NCBI GenBank assembly: GCA_963761335.1
Contig: CAVXGR010000018.1
Coordinates: 160,001 to 224,000 of the forward strand
Direction: 5' to 3'
DNA from: an uncultured delta proteobacterium
GTDB taxonomy: Bacteria; Desulfobacterota; Binatia; HRBIN30; BPIQ01
DNA length: 64,000 nt
Below, in pieces: positions 1 to 9,982 of this stretch. The translations under genes were made by a program, and so were the position numbers. Positions within the stretch are counted from its first letter, which is position 1; each line of letters starts with the position of its first letter. A model generated the notes under the pieces. That model did not search any database. It had not been told where the DNA came from and saw only the letters and a list, made by a program, of their open reading frames with translations.

Positions 1-966
1 TGCGCGCGCCGCCACGCCCACCGCCAGCGCGAGGCTGCGGCGATAGGCTCGCTCCGGCGTGAAGGACAGCCGCTCGCGGATCTCCGACATCTCGAAGGCG
101 CCGCGATCGGATGCCCCCGTCGCCGGCGAACGCCGCAGGGCGGCACCCACCAAGCCCGCGGTCTCACCGATGACGACGATGCCGGCCGCCTCTGCGCCGG
201 CGATCTCCAAGCTCACCTGCGCCAGCGCCGCGAGGGTGATCGCGCCGGCCTCGGGCCGGGCCTCGAAGCGCGCCAGGCATCCGAGCTTGCCCTCGCACGT
301 GATCGCGTAGAGAACCTTCATCTCGGGGACGAATGCCCCCGCCGAGACCAGGTAATCCGGCACGCTCGAGCCGTCCGTCGGCAGGTAGGCGGCGGTCCCG
401 GCGACTGCCAGAAATTCTCCGAAGCGGGTGTGGCAGTCGTCGAAGCTGCTGCCGAACGCACCCAGCCCCACCGCCAAGGTATCGGCGGGAAACCTCATGG
501 TGCGGCAGTGCTCCGCCTTGAACCGGCTGCCGAGCAGCAAGGTGGGATCGCCGACGGTGCGGCAGGTGAGCGCCGCGCCGGGAAGCGCTTCGAAGACCTC
601 GAAGCTCGCTCCATGCCGTTCGAGAGGGCGGCTCGCACGCGGCTGCAACGCCGGCGGCAGACCGGCCTCGACGGCCAGCAGCGCCTCGAGGCCGGACAGC
701 TCGAGCACCACCTTGACCGCCTCGGAGGGATTGCTCACGGCAAACGAGCCGTTGATCTGTTGGAGCTGCTTGTAGAACTTCAACAGCACGCGGATGCCGA
801 CGGAGCTCATGTAGGTCACATGGGCCATGTTGAGGTGGATGCGATGCGCCCCGTCGCGCACGCTCTCGTCCAGCGCGGCGGAGAGATGGTCGGCCCAGTA
901 CGCGTCGAGACGCCCCTCGACCCTCACTTCGAGTACGTCATCGGCAACGCTCTTGGTGATATCCAT
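1..966 (-). CDS. STAS (anti-sigma-factor antagonist) domain protein with long C-terminal domain; runs off window start
   Basis: Not in ORF track (no stop in window). Manual translation from ATG 966: MDITKSVADDVLEVRVEGRLDAYWADHL...VTYMSSVGIRVLL, a STAS signature with phosphorylatable Ser; open to position 1; 2 bp after upstream stop. Confidence 0.85.
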   Translation of the reverse strand, partial: MDITKSVADDVLEVRVEGRLDAYWADHLSAALDESVRDGAHRIHLNMAHVTYMSSVGIRVLLKFYKQLQQINGSFAVSNPSEAVKVVLELSGLEALLAVEAGLPPALQPRASRPLERHGASFEVFEALPGAALTCRTVGDPTLLLGSRFKAEHCRTMRFPADTLAVGLGAFGSSFDDCHTRFGEFLAVAGTAAYLPTDGSSVPDYLVSAGAFVPEMKVLYAITCEGKLGCLARFEARPEAGAITLAALAQVSLEIAGAEAAGIVVIGETAGLVGAALRRSPATGASDRGAFEMSEIRERLSFTPERAYRRSLALAVGVAARA

Positions 967-968
967 CC

Positions 969-3938
969 CTACCGTCCCTCCGCTCGCGGCGAGCCATCGA
1001 TGGGGTGCTGGCCGATCACCTCGTCCGCCCGCGCCAGGAGCGCCGGCGGCACCGTTAGACCAAATGACCGCGCCGCGTCCAGATTGACGATGATCTTCAC
1101 CGTCCGCAGCAGCTGAAACGGGATGCGTGCGGGACTTTCCCCGCGCATGATCCGTGCGGCCATGAGACCGGCATCGCGTCCGCCGTCGTAGTAGTCTCGC
1201 GCCACCACGACGGCGGCGCCGTCCTGGGCGTTGCTGCTCAGGGAGCCGAACAGCGGGATGCGGGCCCGCTGCGCCGCTTGGGCGATGCTGGCGAAGGCGA
1301 CGGTGGTCAGGTTGCCGGCGACCTGCACCACCGCATCGATGCGCCGGTTGACCAAGGCCAGCGCCGCATCGGACATCTCCGCGCTCGTATTGGCCGCCAT
1401 CGGCACCACCTCGATGCCGCGCTCTTTCGCCGCGGCGGTGAGCTGATCCTTGTTGAAGACCGAGTTCACCTCCGCCGGCACGAACAGCGTGCCCACTCGG
1501 CGCACGTGCGGCAGGCACTCCTGAACGACGCTCAGCAGGTTCTCGTAGGCGCTGCGTGTCGGCACTCCGGTGACGTTGGGAAGGTGGTCCGTGTCGCTGC
1601 GACCCGCTCCGGCCGCGACGGCGTCCGCAACGAAGGTGAAGACGATCGGAACGCCGCGCGCCCGTTGCAGCGCCGCCTGTAGGGTCGGCGTCGACAGGGT
1701 CATGATCAGATCCGCGCCGTCCGTGAGGGCGGCGTCGACCAGGGCGCTCAGGGTCGGCATATCCCCCTGCGCGTTGCGCACCGTCAGCCGATAGTCGCGC
1801 CCATCGAGCAGGCCGGCTTGCCGGAGGCCGGAGCGGATGCCGCGCTCGGCATCCTCCACATCGAGGACGTTGATGTACTCGAGGAGATTGACCTGCCATG
1901 TCTTATCCAAGGCCGCGGCCGCAGCAGGGGTGGGCACCGCCGTCGCCTCGGCGCGGCGATGGGTGCCCGTCTGGTCGACGATCTCGTCGGCTTCATCGAG
2001 GACGTCCTTGGGAAAGGTGATGCCGAGCTTGCCGGCAACGCTCTGGTTGAGCGACACCGTCTTCACGGCGACGTTCTCCATCGGGATGTCCCCCGGCGAG
2101 GCCCCCAGCAGCACGCGCGCCGCCAGCTTCGCCGCGGCGTAGCCGCTCTGGTAGAAGCCGATCCCGACGCATGCCAGCGCGCCCTGGGGGACCAGCTCGG
2201 GATCGTTGTTGATGATCGGCAGATGCGCGTCATTGGCCACGCGTACGATCGCGTCGAAGGCCTGGATGGCGGTGTTGTCGCCGGTGATCCACAGTGCTTG
2301 CACGTTGCGGGCGACGAGCGCCTGTGCCGCTTGGAACACCTCGCTGGAGTTGGTCACTGTGACTTCCTCCAGATCGATCTTCCGCTGCGCAAAGACGCGG
2401 CGCGCAACCTCGGCGACCTTGCGGGAGTTGGCCTCGGAGCTGTTGTACAGCGTGCCGACGGACCGCACTCCCGGGATGAGCCGCTGAATCATCGCAACGG
2501 TGTCTTCGACCGGGGGGAACGAGCCGACCCCGGTGACGTTCGGATTGTGATCCGTCGAGCTGGTTCCCGCCCCGGCGGCAATCGGGTCGTAGACATACGT
2601 GAACACCACCGGCGTGCGCTTCACCGTGCCGCACGCCGCTGTCAGGCACGGCGTCGTCAGCGTGACCAGGAGATCGAAGCCCTGGCCGTCGTAGTTCTGG
2701 AGCAGCGCGGGAATGTTGGCGATCTCTCCCTGCGCATGCGCCCGGTGGACGACGAGGTTTCCTCCTTCGACGAACCCGAGGTCGCGCAGGCCGTCGAACA
2801 ACCCCTTCATACAGATGTCGGCCCCCGCATCCGGCGCGAAGTACACCAGACCTATTTTGAACACTCGTCCCGGAGGTGGCGTCACCAGCGTGGCGAACGG
2901 TGTGACCGGCGCGGGGTTCTCCTGGCGGACCTGCGCGGCGCGCCGCACGTCATCGGGAAGCCTCCAGGGATCCTTCAGTCCGGCGAGGGCTTTCTCATTC
3001 ACGATCATCGTCTCGGGCATGACGTTCGTGATGGGGACCGTGGCCGGATCTCGGCCACCGAGAATCTCTCCCGCGAGAACGCCGGCAAGTCGGCCGACCT
3101 CGTGATAGTTGGCGCCGACGTCGAACAGCGCGCCGCGGTCGGCGCTGCCGGGATTGCTGGTGAAGACGGGGATGTTGGCCTGCCGCGCGGCGGCGATCAC
3201 CCCGCCGATGGCCGTGAGCACGGTGACGTCACCCCCGACCCACAACGCCTGTACGTCGCGAGCGACCAGGGCGCTCGCCGCCTCGCGGACGCCGGCCGTC
3301 CCGTCCACGTTTGCTTCGAGGAGGGTGATCCCGAGGTCCTTGCAGACGGCGCGCGCCAGCCGTGTATTGGCCTCCGAGTTGGCTTCGGACGGGTTCCAGA
3401 CCTCGCCCACGACCTTCAAGCCGGGGAACAACCGCCGCGCCAGGCGAAAGGTCTCCGCGACCGGTTGCATCGTCCCGTAGCCGGCCAGATAGGGCGGATG
3501 TGCCAAGGGGTCATCGCGACTGATTCCCACGCCGGCAGCGGCGGGGTCAGTGACGAGGGCGAAGACATGGGCGAGCTTGCGCGTCTTGTTCACGTTTGCG
3601 ACCGCCTGCAGACTGACGGTCGTTGCCGTGAGCACCAGATCATAGTCGCCGCTGGTGATCTCATGGGCGATTGTGTTTGCCGTCGGCAGGTCGTTCTCGG
3701 CGTTGTAGCGCCGCACCGACAGCGTTTGGCCGGCGACGAACCCCTTCTCTGCCAATCCGTCCAGCATTCCCTGAACGCCTTCCTCGATGATGGGCTGCGA
3801 GGCGTGCTGGAGGATTGCCACCCGCGCGAGATGGCGCCGCGTCGTCCGGCGGCGTGACGCGTCGGAGAGGAGGAGGACGGCCGACGCCAGAAGGATGAGG
3901 AAGACCCCCAACCACAGCCGTTTGAACACGGACCACAT
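969..3938 (-). CDS. Membrane-anchored protein with three tandem ABC substrate-binding (ABC_sub_bind/TrpX-like) domains
   Basis: N-terminal hydrophobic anchor; three repeats of NA(Q/E)G/ND..., V.D.v.AG, GTL(Y/F)..(S/A)E.NS, G.LAA.I(L/M).G..P..iP; start taken at MWSVF. Confidence 0.85.
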   Translation of the reverse strand: MWSVFKRLWLGVFLILLASAVLLLSDASRRRTTRRHLARVAILQHASQPIIEEGVQGMLDGLAEKGFVAGQTLSVRRYNAENDLPTANTIAHEITSGDYDLVLTATTVSLQAVANVNKTRKLAHVFALVTDPAAAGVGISRDDPLAHPPYLAGYGTMQPVAETFRLARRLFPGLKVVGEVWNPSEANSEANTRLARAVCKDLGITLLEANVDGTAGVREAASALVARDVQALWVGGDVTVLTAIGGVIAAARQANIPVFTSNPGSADRGALFDVGANYHEVGRLAGVLAGEILGGRDPATVPITNVMPETMIVNEKALAGLKDPWRLPDDVRRAAQVRQENPAPVTPFATLVTPPPGRVFKIGLVYFAPDAGADICMKGLFDGLRDLGFVEGGNLVVHRAHAQGEIANIPALLQNYDGQGFDLLVTLTTPCLTAACGTVKRTPVVFTYVYDPIAAGAGTSSTDHNPNVTGVGSFPPVEDTVAMIQRLIPGVRSVGTLYNSSEANSRKVAEVARRVFAQRKIDLEEVTVTNSSEVFQAAQALVARNVQALWITGDNTAIQAFDAIVRVANDAHLPIINNDPELVPQGALACVGIGFYQSGYAAAKLAARVLLGASPGDIPMENVAVKTVSLNQSVAGKLGITFPKDVLDEADEIVDQTGTHRRAEATAVPTPAAAAALDKTWQVNLLEYINVLDVEDAERGIRSGLRQAGLLDGRDYRLTVRNAQGDMPTLSALVDAALTDGADLIMTLSTPTLQAALQRARGVPIVFTFVADAVAAGAGRSDTDHLPNVTGVPTRSAYENLLSVVQECLPHVRRVGTLFVPAEVNSVFNKDQLTAAAKERGIEVVPMAANTSAEMSDAALALVNRRIDAVVQVAGNLTTVAFASIAQAAQRARIPLFGSLSSNAQDGAAVVVARDYYDGGRDAGLMAARIMRGESPARIPFQLLRTVKIIVNLDAARSFGLTVPPALLARADEVIGQHPIDGSPRAEGR

Positions 3939-4073
3939 CCGCAGGATCACTTCTACTTCGATCGGTTTTCTGGTCCTGTGCCCGCCGCCATTCAGCACAG
4001 GCCGTTACGAGAGAGCCCGTCCCATACGCCGAAATGCCCGTGCAATCCAACCAGCGTGATTCCAGGCGGAGGG

Positions 4074-5507
4074 CTACTTGATGGTCTTCGAGGAGAAGCC
4101 GCGGTCGTTGTAGAGGAGGTGGGTGCGCTTGCCGTTCACCGCGGTCTCGAGGACGACGTCGCGTTGCCACAGGCGGTACATGTAGGAGAGGGTGCGCTCG
4201 CAGTACTCGAGGAGGAGGTCGCGGCCGTCGTGCTCGTGGACGAGAAGCAGGGTGCGGGTGCCGCCGAAGTCGGCGTCGTGGACGCGGATGACGGGCACGG
4301 ATCCCATGCCGACGTTGTGCACCAGGGTGTCCTTGACGGCGCGCCAGCCGTCGTCGTCGCCGACGGCGCTGACCACCATGTCCTCGCCGCGCGAGCGGTA
4401 CTCGAACAGGTCGAGCTCGCGAATCAGCCGCGGCGTCAGATGGCGGCGGATGAAGGAGACGTCGCGGTCCACCTCGCGGGTGGCGAAGATCTGCTTCAGC
4501 CCGTCGCCGCCGCCGGGCGGCAGCTCGTCTTTCTCGTCGGCATCGGGCTGGTCGTGGCGGCGGCGGATGTCCTCCCACATGCGCAGGCCGAGGTGGTACG
4601 GGTTGAGACCGCCGGGATGCGGACGCACCACCTGGTTGTGGCGCACGATGAACTCCAGCTGCAGATCCTGTGGCAGCTCGAGGCTATCGAGGATCTGCTT
4701 GTGCCAGTAGCTCGCCCAGCCCTCGTTCATGATCTTGGTTTCGATCTGCGGGATGAAGTACTGCGCCTCCTCGTGCACGATGGTGAGCAGGTCCTTCTCC
4801 CACTCGCTCAGATAGGGGTTGTGGTCGCGGACGAAGAGGAGGAGGTCCTCGTCCGGCTCGGGGGGGACGGTGCGCAGATCGGGCGTCTCGTACTCCTGGC
4901 GGCGATGGATCTTCTGAAACGGATCAGGCGGCGGCTCGGCGGCCTCGAGAATCTGCCGGCGCGCCTCGCTGGCGGTGCGCTTGTGCACCGCCAGGTTGCG
5001 GCGGCACTGCAGCGACAGTGCATGTGCGGCGTCCAGGATGTTCTCCACCTGATCGAGGCCGATGCTGGGATCCTCGACGTAGCGGCGCACGCGGCTGGCG
5101 TGCGCCTTGAAGTTGCCGATGGTGAACTCGGCGCGGGTGCTCTGGAAGGTGAAGTTGTTGCGAAAGAAATCGTTGTGGCCGTAGACGTGGGCGATGGTGA
5201 GCACCTGCAGGCAGAGGCTGTTGTCGCGCATGAGATAGGCGAGTGCCGGGCTCGAGTTGATCACCATCTCGTACGGCAGGCCCGAGACGCCGTAGTCGTA
5301 CATCGTCTTCAGCTTCTCGTACGACTTGCCGTACGACCAGTGCGGGTAGTGCGACGGCATGCCCGAGTACGCCATGTAGCCGAGCATGTCGTTGTGGTCG
5401 CAGATCTCGAACTCCTGCGGGTAACAGCGCAGGCCGAACTCGTCCACCTTCTCGCGGATGCGGCGGTCCCAGTATTCGAGGTCCTTCTGCTCGTAGCTGC
5501 TCGACAT
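4074..5507 (-). CDS. spoVR: SpoVR family protein
   Basis: GMPSHYPHWSYGK, GLPYEMVINS, AHVYGHNDFF, TKIMNEGWASYWH; true start at MSSSYEQ. Confidence 0.93.
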   Translation of the reverse strand: MSSSYEQKDLEYWDRRIREKVDEFGLRCYPQEFEICDHNDMLGYMAYSGMPSHYPHWSYGKSYEKLKTMYDYGVSGLPYEMVINSSPALAYLMRDNSLCLQVLTIAHVYGHNDFFRNNFTFQSTRAEFTIGNFKAHASRVRRYVEDPSIGLDQVENILDAAHALSLQCRRNLAVHKRTASEARRQILEAAEPPPDPFQKIHRRQEYETPDLRTVPPEPDEDLLLFVRDHNPYLSEWEKDLLTIVHEEAQYFIPQIETKIMNEGWASYWHKQILDSLELPQDLQLEFIVRHNQVVRPHPGGLNPYHLGLRMWEDIRRRHDQPDADEKDELPPGGGDGLKQIFATREVDRDVSFIRRHLTPRLIRELDLFEYRSRGEDMVVSAVGDDDGWRAVKDTLVHNVGMGSVPVIRVHDADFGGTRTLLLVHEHDGRDLLLEYCERTLSYMYRLWQRDVVLETAVNGKRTHLLYNDRGFSSKTIK

Positions 5508-5533
5508 GGTCGTCTCGGCGTCGGGGAAGCGGC

Positions 5534-6730
5534 TCAGCTCGTCTCGGCGCCGCGATCCTTGGCGAGGAAGGCCTTGAAGCTCGGCCAGATGTCCTCCTTG
5601 CGCTCGATCAGCACGGTCTGGAAGTTGTCGGCCTCGAGGTTGCGGAAGATGTGCAGCATCGAGCTCTCGTAGTAGCGCGAGCCGAGCGGCTTGATCTCGC
5701 CGTAGCCGAACAGGTTGCAGACCTCCGCCAGCTCGCTGGCGGCGCGCAGGGCGGCGGGGTTGTCGGAATCGAAGTTGTCGCCGTCGGAGCAGTGGAAGGC
5801 GTAGAGGTTCCACAGCGACGGGTGATAGCGCTCGGCGATGATCTCCAGCGCCTTGCTGTAGCCGGACGAGATGAAGGTCCCGCCGGACTCGCCCTTGTGA
5901 AAGAAATCCTCTTCGGAGACCTCGCTCGCCTCGGTGTGGTGCCCGATGAAGACGATCTCGACGTTGCGGTACTTGGTGACGATGAACTGGTAGAGCAGGA
6001 AGAAGAAGCTGCGGGCCAGATACTTCTTCATCGTGTCCATCGAGCCGGAGGTGTCCATGATGCACACCACGGCGGCATTGGACTCCTTCTTCATCTCCGG
6101 CATCACGTGCCGGAAGGTCAGGTCCTCGTCGTGGAAGGGAAAGCGCTCGCGCGCCTGCGGGAAGTGGTGCTCCTGGTGGCGTGTCGCCAGCTTGCGACGC
6201 ACGCGCGCCTTCACGGTGCGCCGCTTGTCGAGGCGGATGCGGATGCCCACCTGGCGGTACCCTTTTCTCTTGCTCATGCGGGGCGCGGCGATCTCCCGCA
6301 ACCGGCGGCGCTCCATGTCGGGGAGCTCGAGATCCTCGAACATGATGTCGATGAGCTCCTCCAGGGTCACGTCGGTCTCGTAGTAGTCGACGCCGGGGCG
6401 ATCCCCGGCGCGATCCGGCTTGGCCTCGCCCTCGCCCTGGTTGCTCTTGCCGACGACCTGTCCGGGCTGGGTGTCGCCGTTTCCCTGGCCGACGCCGGGT
6501 TGGTTCTCCCCGTAGACGAAGCGGTACTCCTTGACGCCGCGGATGGGGACCTTGATCAGCTTCTCGCGGTCCTGGCCGATGATCGACTCCTCGGCGACGA
6601 TGTCGGCGATGTTCTCGCGGATCGCCTGCCGCACCTTCTGCCGGTGGCGCAGGCGGTCGCCCGCCGAGCGGTCGCTGCGCTCCGCGTCGGAGTGGCGGAA
6701 GGGGCGGAAGATGGCGTCTGGCTGCGGCAT
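5534..6730 (-). CDS. yeaH: YeaH/YhbH (DUF444) family vWA protein
   Basis: DRLRHRQKVR, MDTSGSM, ESGGTFISS, FHCSDGDNF; lies between prkA and spoVR. Confidence 0.92.
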   Translation of the reverse strand: MPQPDAIFRPFRHSDAERSDRSAGDRLRHRQKVRQAIRENIADIVAEESIIGQDREKLIKVPIRGVKEYRFVYGENQPGVGQGNGDTQPGQVVGKSNQGEGEAKPDRAGDRPGVDYYETDVTLEELIDIMFEDLELPDMERRRLREIAAPRMSKRKGYRQVGIRIRLDKRRTVKARVRRKLATRHQEHHFPQARERFPFHDEDLTFRHVMPEMKKESNAAVVCIMDTSGSMDTMKKYLARSFFFLLYQFIVTKYRNVEIVFIGHHTEASEVSEEDFFHKGESGGTFISSGYSKALEIIAERYHPSLWNLYAFHCSDGDNFDSDNPAALRAASELAEVCNLFGYGEIKPLGSRYYESSMLHIFRNLEADNFQTVLIERKEDIWPSFKAFLAKDRGAETS

Positions 6731-6752
6731 GATCGTCCGCGGGGCGCCGTCC

Positions 6753-8690
6753 TCAATCCTTCCACAGGTTGTTGGCGGCGTACTTCAGCACCACGTCCAC
6801 GCAGGAGTTGCAGTAGCCGTTGTCGAGCAGGTTGCGGACCATGGCGTTGTACTTGTCGGTCTGCTCCTCATCGCGGGTACGCGCCTTGGTGATGATGCGG
6901 CTGATGTCGCGCACCGAGGTCATCAGCTTCTTCTCGATGGCCTCCTTGAGCGGCTCGTAGCTGCGGTAGCTGACTTTCTCGCCGCGGCGGCTGGTGGCCC
7001 ACAGGTAGGCGATCACCTCCTGGCGGAAGCCCTCGGCGGCGGAGCCGATGATGGCGATCTGCTCCTCGATCGATTTGAGGAAGCCCTCGTCGGGGTGCAG
7101 CTCCTCCTTGGTGTTGCGGTCCTTCACCTTGGTCTTGTTGACGAAGGCCTCGGCGTGGTCGAGGTAGTTCTGGAACAGCGACTCCGCCTGCTCCTGGTAG
7201 GAGTAGACGAAGGCCTTGGTGATCTCCTTCTCGAGAATCTCGAGGTACTCCTTGTGGAGCACGTCCTGCAGGAACTCGAGGTACTGCTTGCGGGTGTCAT
7301 CCGGCAGATCGGCTTCCTTGGTCATGTTGATCAACGCCTCGCGGACGTTGATCGGGTTGATGCAGTTGCCGTCGACGTTGTCGGAGAGGGCGTTGTCGAG
7401 CGCCTTCATGATGAAGCGGGTGGAGATGCCGCTCATGCCCTCGCGCTTGGTGTCGTCGCGCAGCTCGTGTACGTCGATCTTCTTGGTCTTGCCCTTCTCC
7501 ACCACCTCTTCGCCGTTGTAGAGCTTGAGCTTGGTGAGCAGGTCGCACTTGGTGGTCGGCTCGAGCCGCGTGAGCATGGCGAACATCGAGGCGATCTCCA
7601 GGGTGTGCGGCGCCACGTGGGCGTGGAAGTCGGAGTGGCGGATGATCTTCTGGTAGATCTTCACCTCCTCGGACAGCCGCAGGTTGTAGGGGACCTTCAC
7701 CACCACGATGCGGTCGAGAATCGCCTCGTTGGTGTGGTCCGCCTTGAAGCGCTGCCACTCCGCCTCGTTCGAATGCGCCACGATGACGGTGTCGACGTAC
7801 ACCATTCCATGACGCCCCGGCGCCGGGATGACCTTCTCCTGCGTCGCCGTGATCATGGCGTGCAGGTACTCGGTCTCGTTCTTGAAGACCTCGATGAACT
7901 CGACCATGCCGCGGTTGCCGACGTTGAGGGCGCCGTTGAGGTCGAGGACGCGCGGATCGCCCTCCGAGTAGAGGTCCAGCTTGGAGATGTCCTCGCTGCC
8001 GATCAGGACCGAGGTGTCCTGGTTGTTCGGGTCCACCGGCGGCACGACGCCGATGCCGATGCGATTGCGCTTCGAGAACTGCCGGGTGACGATCGGCACG
8101 TCCTCGTACTTCTCGCCGAACTCCTCCTTCAGGCGGAAGCGGCACACTGGGCAGAGATCCCCCTCGATGTGCACGCCCAGCATTTTCTCGAACTCGCGCC
8201 GCAGGTGGCGCGGGATGAGGTGCAGGGGCTCCTCGTTCATCGGGCAGCCTTCGATGGCGTAGAAGAGGTCGGCCTCCTCGAGGCCGCGCTGCAGCTTCTC
8301 GACGAGGGAGCTCTTGCCCGAGCCCACCGGCCCCATCAGGTAGAGGACCTGGCGGCTCTCCTCTCCCTTGAGCGCCGCCGAGTGGAAGTAGCGAACGATC
8401 TGGGCGACGGTTTTCTCGATGCCGAAGAACTCGTCGCGAAAGAAGTTGTAGACCTTCACGGCCTCGTCCTTGAACAGCCGTTTGACCCGCGAGTCGTCCG
8501 ACTCGAGGATGTCGGTGGTGCCGGGCTTGATGATCACATCGTACAGACGAGCATGCGCAAGCTTGGGAACTGCCGGGTCTTCGCGCAGCTTCTCCAGATA
8601 GGTCAGAAACGGTCCGCGCCACTGCTTGGTGTCGCGCGCCGCTCGATCTTCCCGGATCAGCTTCTCGAAGGTGGTCCGCTCTTTCTCCAT
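6753..8690 (-). CDS. prkA: PrkA/YeaG family serine protein kinase (AAA+)
   Basis: Walker A GPVGSGKS, GCPMNEEPL, NRGMVEFIE, AHSNEAEW. Confidence 0.95.
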   Translation of the reverse strand: MEKERTTFEKLIREDRAARDTKQWRGPFLTYLEKLREDPAVPKLAHARLYDVIIKPGTTDILESDDSRVKRLFKDEAVKVYNFFRDEFFGIEKTVAQIVRYFHSAALKGEESRQVLYLMGPVGSGKSSLVEKLQRGLEEADLFYAIEGCPMNEEPLHLIPRHLRREFEKMLGVHIEGDLCPVCRFRLKEEFGEKYEDVPIVTRQFSKRNRIGIGVVPPVDPNNQDTSVLIGSEDISKLDLYSEGDPRVLDLNGALNVGNRGMVEFIEVFKNETEYLHAMITATQEKVIPAPGRHGMVYVDTVIVAHSNEAEWQRFKADHTNEAILDRIVVVKVPYNLRLSEEVKIYQKIIRHSDFHAHVAPHTLEIASMFAMLTRLEPTTKCDLLTKLKLYNGEEVVEKGKTKKIDVHELRDDTKREGMSGISTRFIMKALDNALSDNVDGNCINPINVREALINMTKEADLPDDTRKQYLEFLQDVLHKEYLEILEKEITKAFVYSYQEQAESLFQNYLDHAEAFVNKTKVKDRNTKEELHPDEGFLKSIEEQIAIIGSAAEGFRQEVIAYLWATSRRGEKVSYRSYEPLKEAIEKKLMTSVRDISRIITKARTRDEEQTDKYNAMVRNLLDNGYCNSCVDVVLKYAANNLWKD

Positions 8691-9038
8691 GACCTACTCC
8701 TCTGGCGGTGAGAATGACCTCCACCCATCCCGCCCGTTGTGATGCGTCTCACCGAATTCTACGTCATTTGAGGCCCAATCCAGTGATGAGAGAGACTGCC
8801 GTCAGTCGTGCACACACGGGGAATTATAACGCCCGGCGATGCGGGAGTCCAAACAAGTTGGACGAGCACCATGAGCGAGGTCGCGGAAGGGTGTGGCGCA
8901 GGGTGTCGGAATGCCGGGTGGAACCGAGGAGAAGGAAGATTCGAAAATACTGATCTCTCCTTCACCGTGCTCCTTTCCACGCGTGCATCAAAGCGTGCTC
9001 TATCACCGCCCCTGTAGCTGGTCAATACGAGAGCGGAG

Positions 9039-9506
9039 ATGTATGCTGCGGCCATGGCGTTGTCCGTGAAGGACCTGATGCAGAAGGACGTCATCACCGT
9101 CCGCGAAGGCATGACCGTGGCGCAGACCTGGGAGGTGCTGGAGAGCTCCGGGATCAGCGGCGCCCCGGTCGTCAACGAGCGGGGCGAGGTGACTGGGGTG
9201 ATCTCGCGGACCGATCTGGTGCGCGGCTGGCAAGCGGACGACGAGCAGCGCCGCAACGCCTACTACCGGGCCGAGGCTCCGCCCGAGAGATTCGCGTCGC
9301 GCGACATTCGCGAGGTGATGATGTCGCTCGCCTTCTTCATGCGTCCGGACGACGAGCTCGCCAAGGCGGCCAAGCTGATGCGCGCCGAGAACATCCACCG
9401 GGTGATCGTCGTCGACGGCGGCAAGCTGGTCGGTGTCCTCAGTGCCAGCGACATCGTCGCCGCGGTGGCGGATGGCCGGCTCGGGTCCCAGGAGGAGCGC
9501 CGATGA
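9039..9506 (+). CDS. CBS-pair domain protein
   Basis: VKDLMQKDVITV, ISGAPVVN..G.VTGVISRTD, IHRVIVVD.GKLVGVLSASD; start may be 9054. Confidence 0.88.
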   Translation: MYAAAMALSVKDLMQKDVITVREGMTVAQTWEVLESSGISGAPVVNERGEVTGVISRTDLVRGWQADDEQRRNAYYRAEAPPERFASRDIREVMMSLAFFMRPDDELAKAAKLMRAENIHRVIVVDGGKLVGVLSASDIVAAVADGRLGSQEERR

Positions 9507-9940
9507 CGGGCCGCGCCCTGCCGAACGCGATTCTGGTTCCGGTGGACTTCTCGGCGTCGTCGCTGCGCGCTCTCGAGTACGCCGCGGCATGGTGCCCGCC
9601 CGACGGCGACATCACGGCGCTGCACGTGATCGACAACGGGCTGGCGGCGCGCCTGGAGGATCTCGGTCTGGTGCCGCAGGCGGAGACGATGAAGAAGCTC
9701 CGCGCCCGCGGCGAGGCGCAGTTCGCTCGCCTCGCCCAGGAGCGGGGCGAAACCTTCAACCCGCTGGTGGTCGAGGGCGAGCCCGTGGTCGAGATCCTCA
9801 AGCTGGCTCGCGATCTCGACGTCGACATGATCGTCATCGGCCGCCAGGGCTACGGTGCCGGCATGGCGGAGCTCCTCTTCGGCAGCACCGCGGAGAAGGT
9901 GCTGCGCGGCGCCGGCTGTCCAGTGCTCTGCGTCTCCTGA
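9503..9940 (+). CDS. Universal stress protein
   Basis: ILVPVDFSASS...DMIVIG...LFGSTAEKVLR...PVL; ATGA overlap with CBS gene. Confidence 0.92.
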   Translation: MTGRALPNAILVPVDFSASSLRALEYAAAWCPPDGDITALHVIDNGLAARLEDLGLVPQAETMKKLRARGEAQFARLAQERGETFNPLVVEGEPVVEILKLARDLDVDMIVIGRQGYGAGMAELLFGSTAEKVLRGAGCPVLCVS

Positions 9941-9982
9941 GCGCGGCGCGGCGGCGATCGAGGCCCGGCGCGGCTCCGGCAG

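Noticed and set aside
4074..6065. Long N-terminal extensions or apparent fusions in the ORF track (spoVR, argF, aguA, fmt, rsmB, DUF4079-like, hgcAB-like)
   Set aside because: The extensions overlap upstream genes in another frame; downstream starts match family N-termini.
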